Source: Trichormus sp. ATA11-4-KO1
GTDB lineage: Bacteria; Cyanobacteriota; Cyanobacteriia; Cyanobacteriales; Nostocaceae
Direction: 5' to 3'
Length of the DNA: 64,000 nt
Assembly (NCBI GenBank): GCA_019358915.1
Contig: JAHHIM010000036.1
Coordinates: 1 to 64,000, forward strand
Shown here: in pieces, positions 62,500-64,000 of the stretch
Numbering within the stretch: the stretch's first letter is position 1
How the letters are laid out: the number at the start of each line of letters is the position of its first letter
Position numbers and translations under genes: made by a program
The notes under the pieces: generated by a model
The model's database searches: none
The model's input: only the letters and a program-made list of their open reading frames with translations
Told to the model about the DNA's origin: nothing

Positions 62500-64000
62500 A
62501 TGATTGTGGCTATAGCATTTAAATTTCATCGGGGATTAAACCGACGTAGACATTCAGTGCATCCCCTTCAGCGCCTGCTTGACTACGGACACAAGTATCG
62601 TCAACAGATTTGGCTGGCAATTGGTTGTTCGATTCTCAATAAACTTTTTGACTTAGCACCACCAGCATTAATTGGGATTGCGGTGGATGTGGTAGTTCAG
62701 CAGCAGGATTCTATCATTGCTCGGTGGGGTGTTCAAGATATCTTTGGGCAATTTTTAATTCTGGCTTTACTTACCGTTGTTACTTGGATACTAGAATCAT
62801 TTTTTGAGTACCGCTACAAGTTATTGTGGCGCAACTTGGCGCAGAAGATTCAGCATAACTTACGTCTGGATGCATATAAACACCTGCAAGAGTTGGAATT
62901 GGCTTATTTTGAAGAACGCAGTACTGGCGGTTTAATGTCCATTCTCAGTGATGATGTTAACCAACTAGAACGATTTTTGGATGTAGGAGCCAACGACATC
63001 ATCCAAGTTGCCACAACTGTTGTAATTATTGGCGGCGCATTTTTTATTTTGGCTCCTAGTATAGCTTGGATGGCAATTTTGCCCATGCCATTTATTCTTT
63101 GGGGTTCGGTAGCATTTCAGAAATTACTAGCACCGCGTTACGCTGATGTGCGGGAAAAGGTAGGTTTACTCAATGGACGTTTGTCTAATAATTTGAGCGG
63201 TATTACTACTATTAAAAGTTTCACGGCTGAGGAGTATGAAGCCGGACGTTTAGAAATAGAAAGTGTAGCTTATAGACAAAGTAACGCCAAAGCGATCGCG
63301 CTGTCTGCGGCTTTTATTCCGTTGATTCGGATGTTGATTTTAATCAGCTTCACCGCATTACTGTTATTTGGCGGGATGGAAGCAGTGGCTGGCAGAATGT
63401 CTGTAGGTGCTTACAGTTTATTGGTATTTTTAGTCCAGCGATTACTTTGGCCTTTAACCAGATTAGGGGACACCTTTGACTTATATCAACGGGCAATGGC
63501 TTCTACTAATCGCGTGATGAATTTGTTGGATACTCCCTTGACAATTTATACAGGAAATACCGCTTTACCTGTGGATGCGGTGCGCGGGGAGGCGGAATTT
63601 AATCATGTGAGTTTTGCTTATAAAGATAGATTACCAGTGATTGAAAATCTGTCTTTGCGAGTTCCTGCAGGTAAAACCATTGCCATTGTGGGTTCGACTG
63701 GTTCAGGTAAAAGCACTTTAGTCAAACTTTTATTGCGGTTATATGAAGTTAAATCTGGCAAAATTACCTTAGATGGCATTGAATTACAAAATTTAAACTT
63801 GCGGGATTTACGGCGCTGTATTGGTTTAGTGAGTCAAGATGTATTTTTATTTCATGGTACGGTAGCGGAGAATATTGCCTATGGCAGTTTTGATGCTACA
63901 GAAGCAGAAATCATCACGGCGGCTAAGGTGGCTGAAGCCCATGACTTTATTATCAACTTGCCCCAAGGTTATGAGACAATTGTCGGGGAACGCGGACAAA
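62500..64000 (+). CDS. ABC transporter permease/ATP-binding protein (runs off the window end)
   Basis: Open frame from ATG 62500 with a TM domain, Walker A GSTGSGKST, VSQDVFLF and LPQGYETIVGERGQ at the edge. Confidence 0.92.
   Translation, partial: MIVAIAFKFHRGLNRRRHSVHPLQRLLDYGHKYRQQIWLAIGCSILNKLFDLAPPALIGIAVDVVVQQQDSIIARWGVQDIFGQFLILALLTVVTWILESFFEYRYKLLWRNLAQKIQHNLRLDAYKHLQELELAYFEERSTGGLMSILSDDVNQLERFLDVGANDIIQVATTVVIIGGAFFILAPSIAWMAILPMPFILWGSVAFQKLLAPRYADVREKVGLLNGRLSNNLSGITTIKSFTAEEYEAGRLEIESVAYRQSNAKAIALSAAFIPLIRMLILISFTALLLFGGMEAVAGRMSVGAYSLLVFLVQRLLWPLTRLGDTFDLYQRAMASTNRVMNLLDTPLTIYTGNTALPVDAVRGEAEFNHVSFAYKDRLPVIENLSLRVPAGKTIAIVGSTGSGKSTLVKLLLRLYEVKSGKITLDGIELQNLNLRDLRRCIGLVSQDVFLFHGTVAENIAYGSFDATEAEIITAAKVAEAHDFIINLPQGYETIVGERGQ

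Overview
Chromosomal segment of a filamentous heterocyst-forming cyanobacterium (Nostocales, Nostoc/Anabaena-like). Evidence: abundant HIP1 sites (GCGATCGC), STRR heptamer repeats, and chlD, pxcA, hli and devBCA-type genes. Housekeeping genes (ftsH3, bioB, chlD, rnc, dusB, dnaK2, pxcA, msrA, lipB, hpf, bcp, ABC-F, prohibitin) alternate with stress/signalling genes (poly-HAMP hybrid kinase, RsbRD_N kinase, tandem HLIPs) and small accessory patches. The most notable unexplained element is a ~220-nt long-stem hairpin (27973-28193). It lies directly upstream of an NYN + OST-HTH/LOTUS-like ribonuclease gene, which is followed by RNase III and preceded by a Uma2 nuclease. Other points of interest: an Rpn/DUF2887 gene with an internal RBS+ATG (nested Rpn-S-like protein), an unannotated 31-aa membrane microprotein, a chromosomal CyRepA1-type primase-helicase, an orphan polymorphic-toxin-like tip with a downstream wHTH gene, a probable CTG start, and several MITE families (with target-site duplications and nesting) plus in-frame insertions into HIP1 sites. 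No rRNA, tRNA, CRISPR array or intact transposase was recognised. All family calls are from motif recognition by eye; no database search was run.
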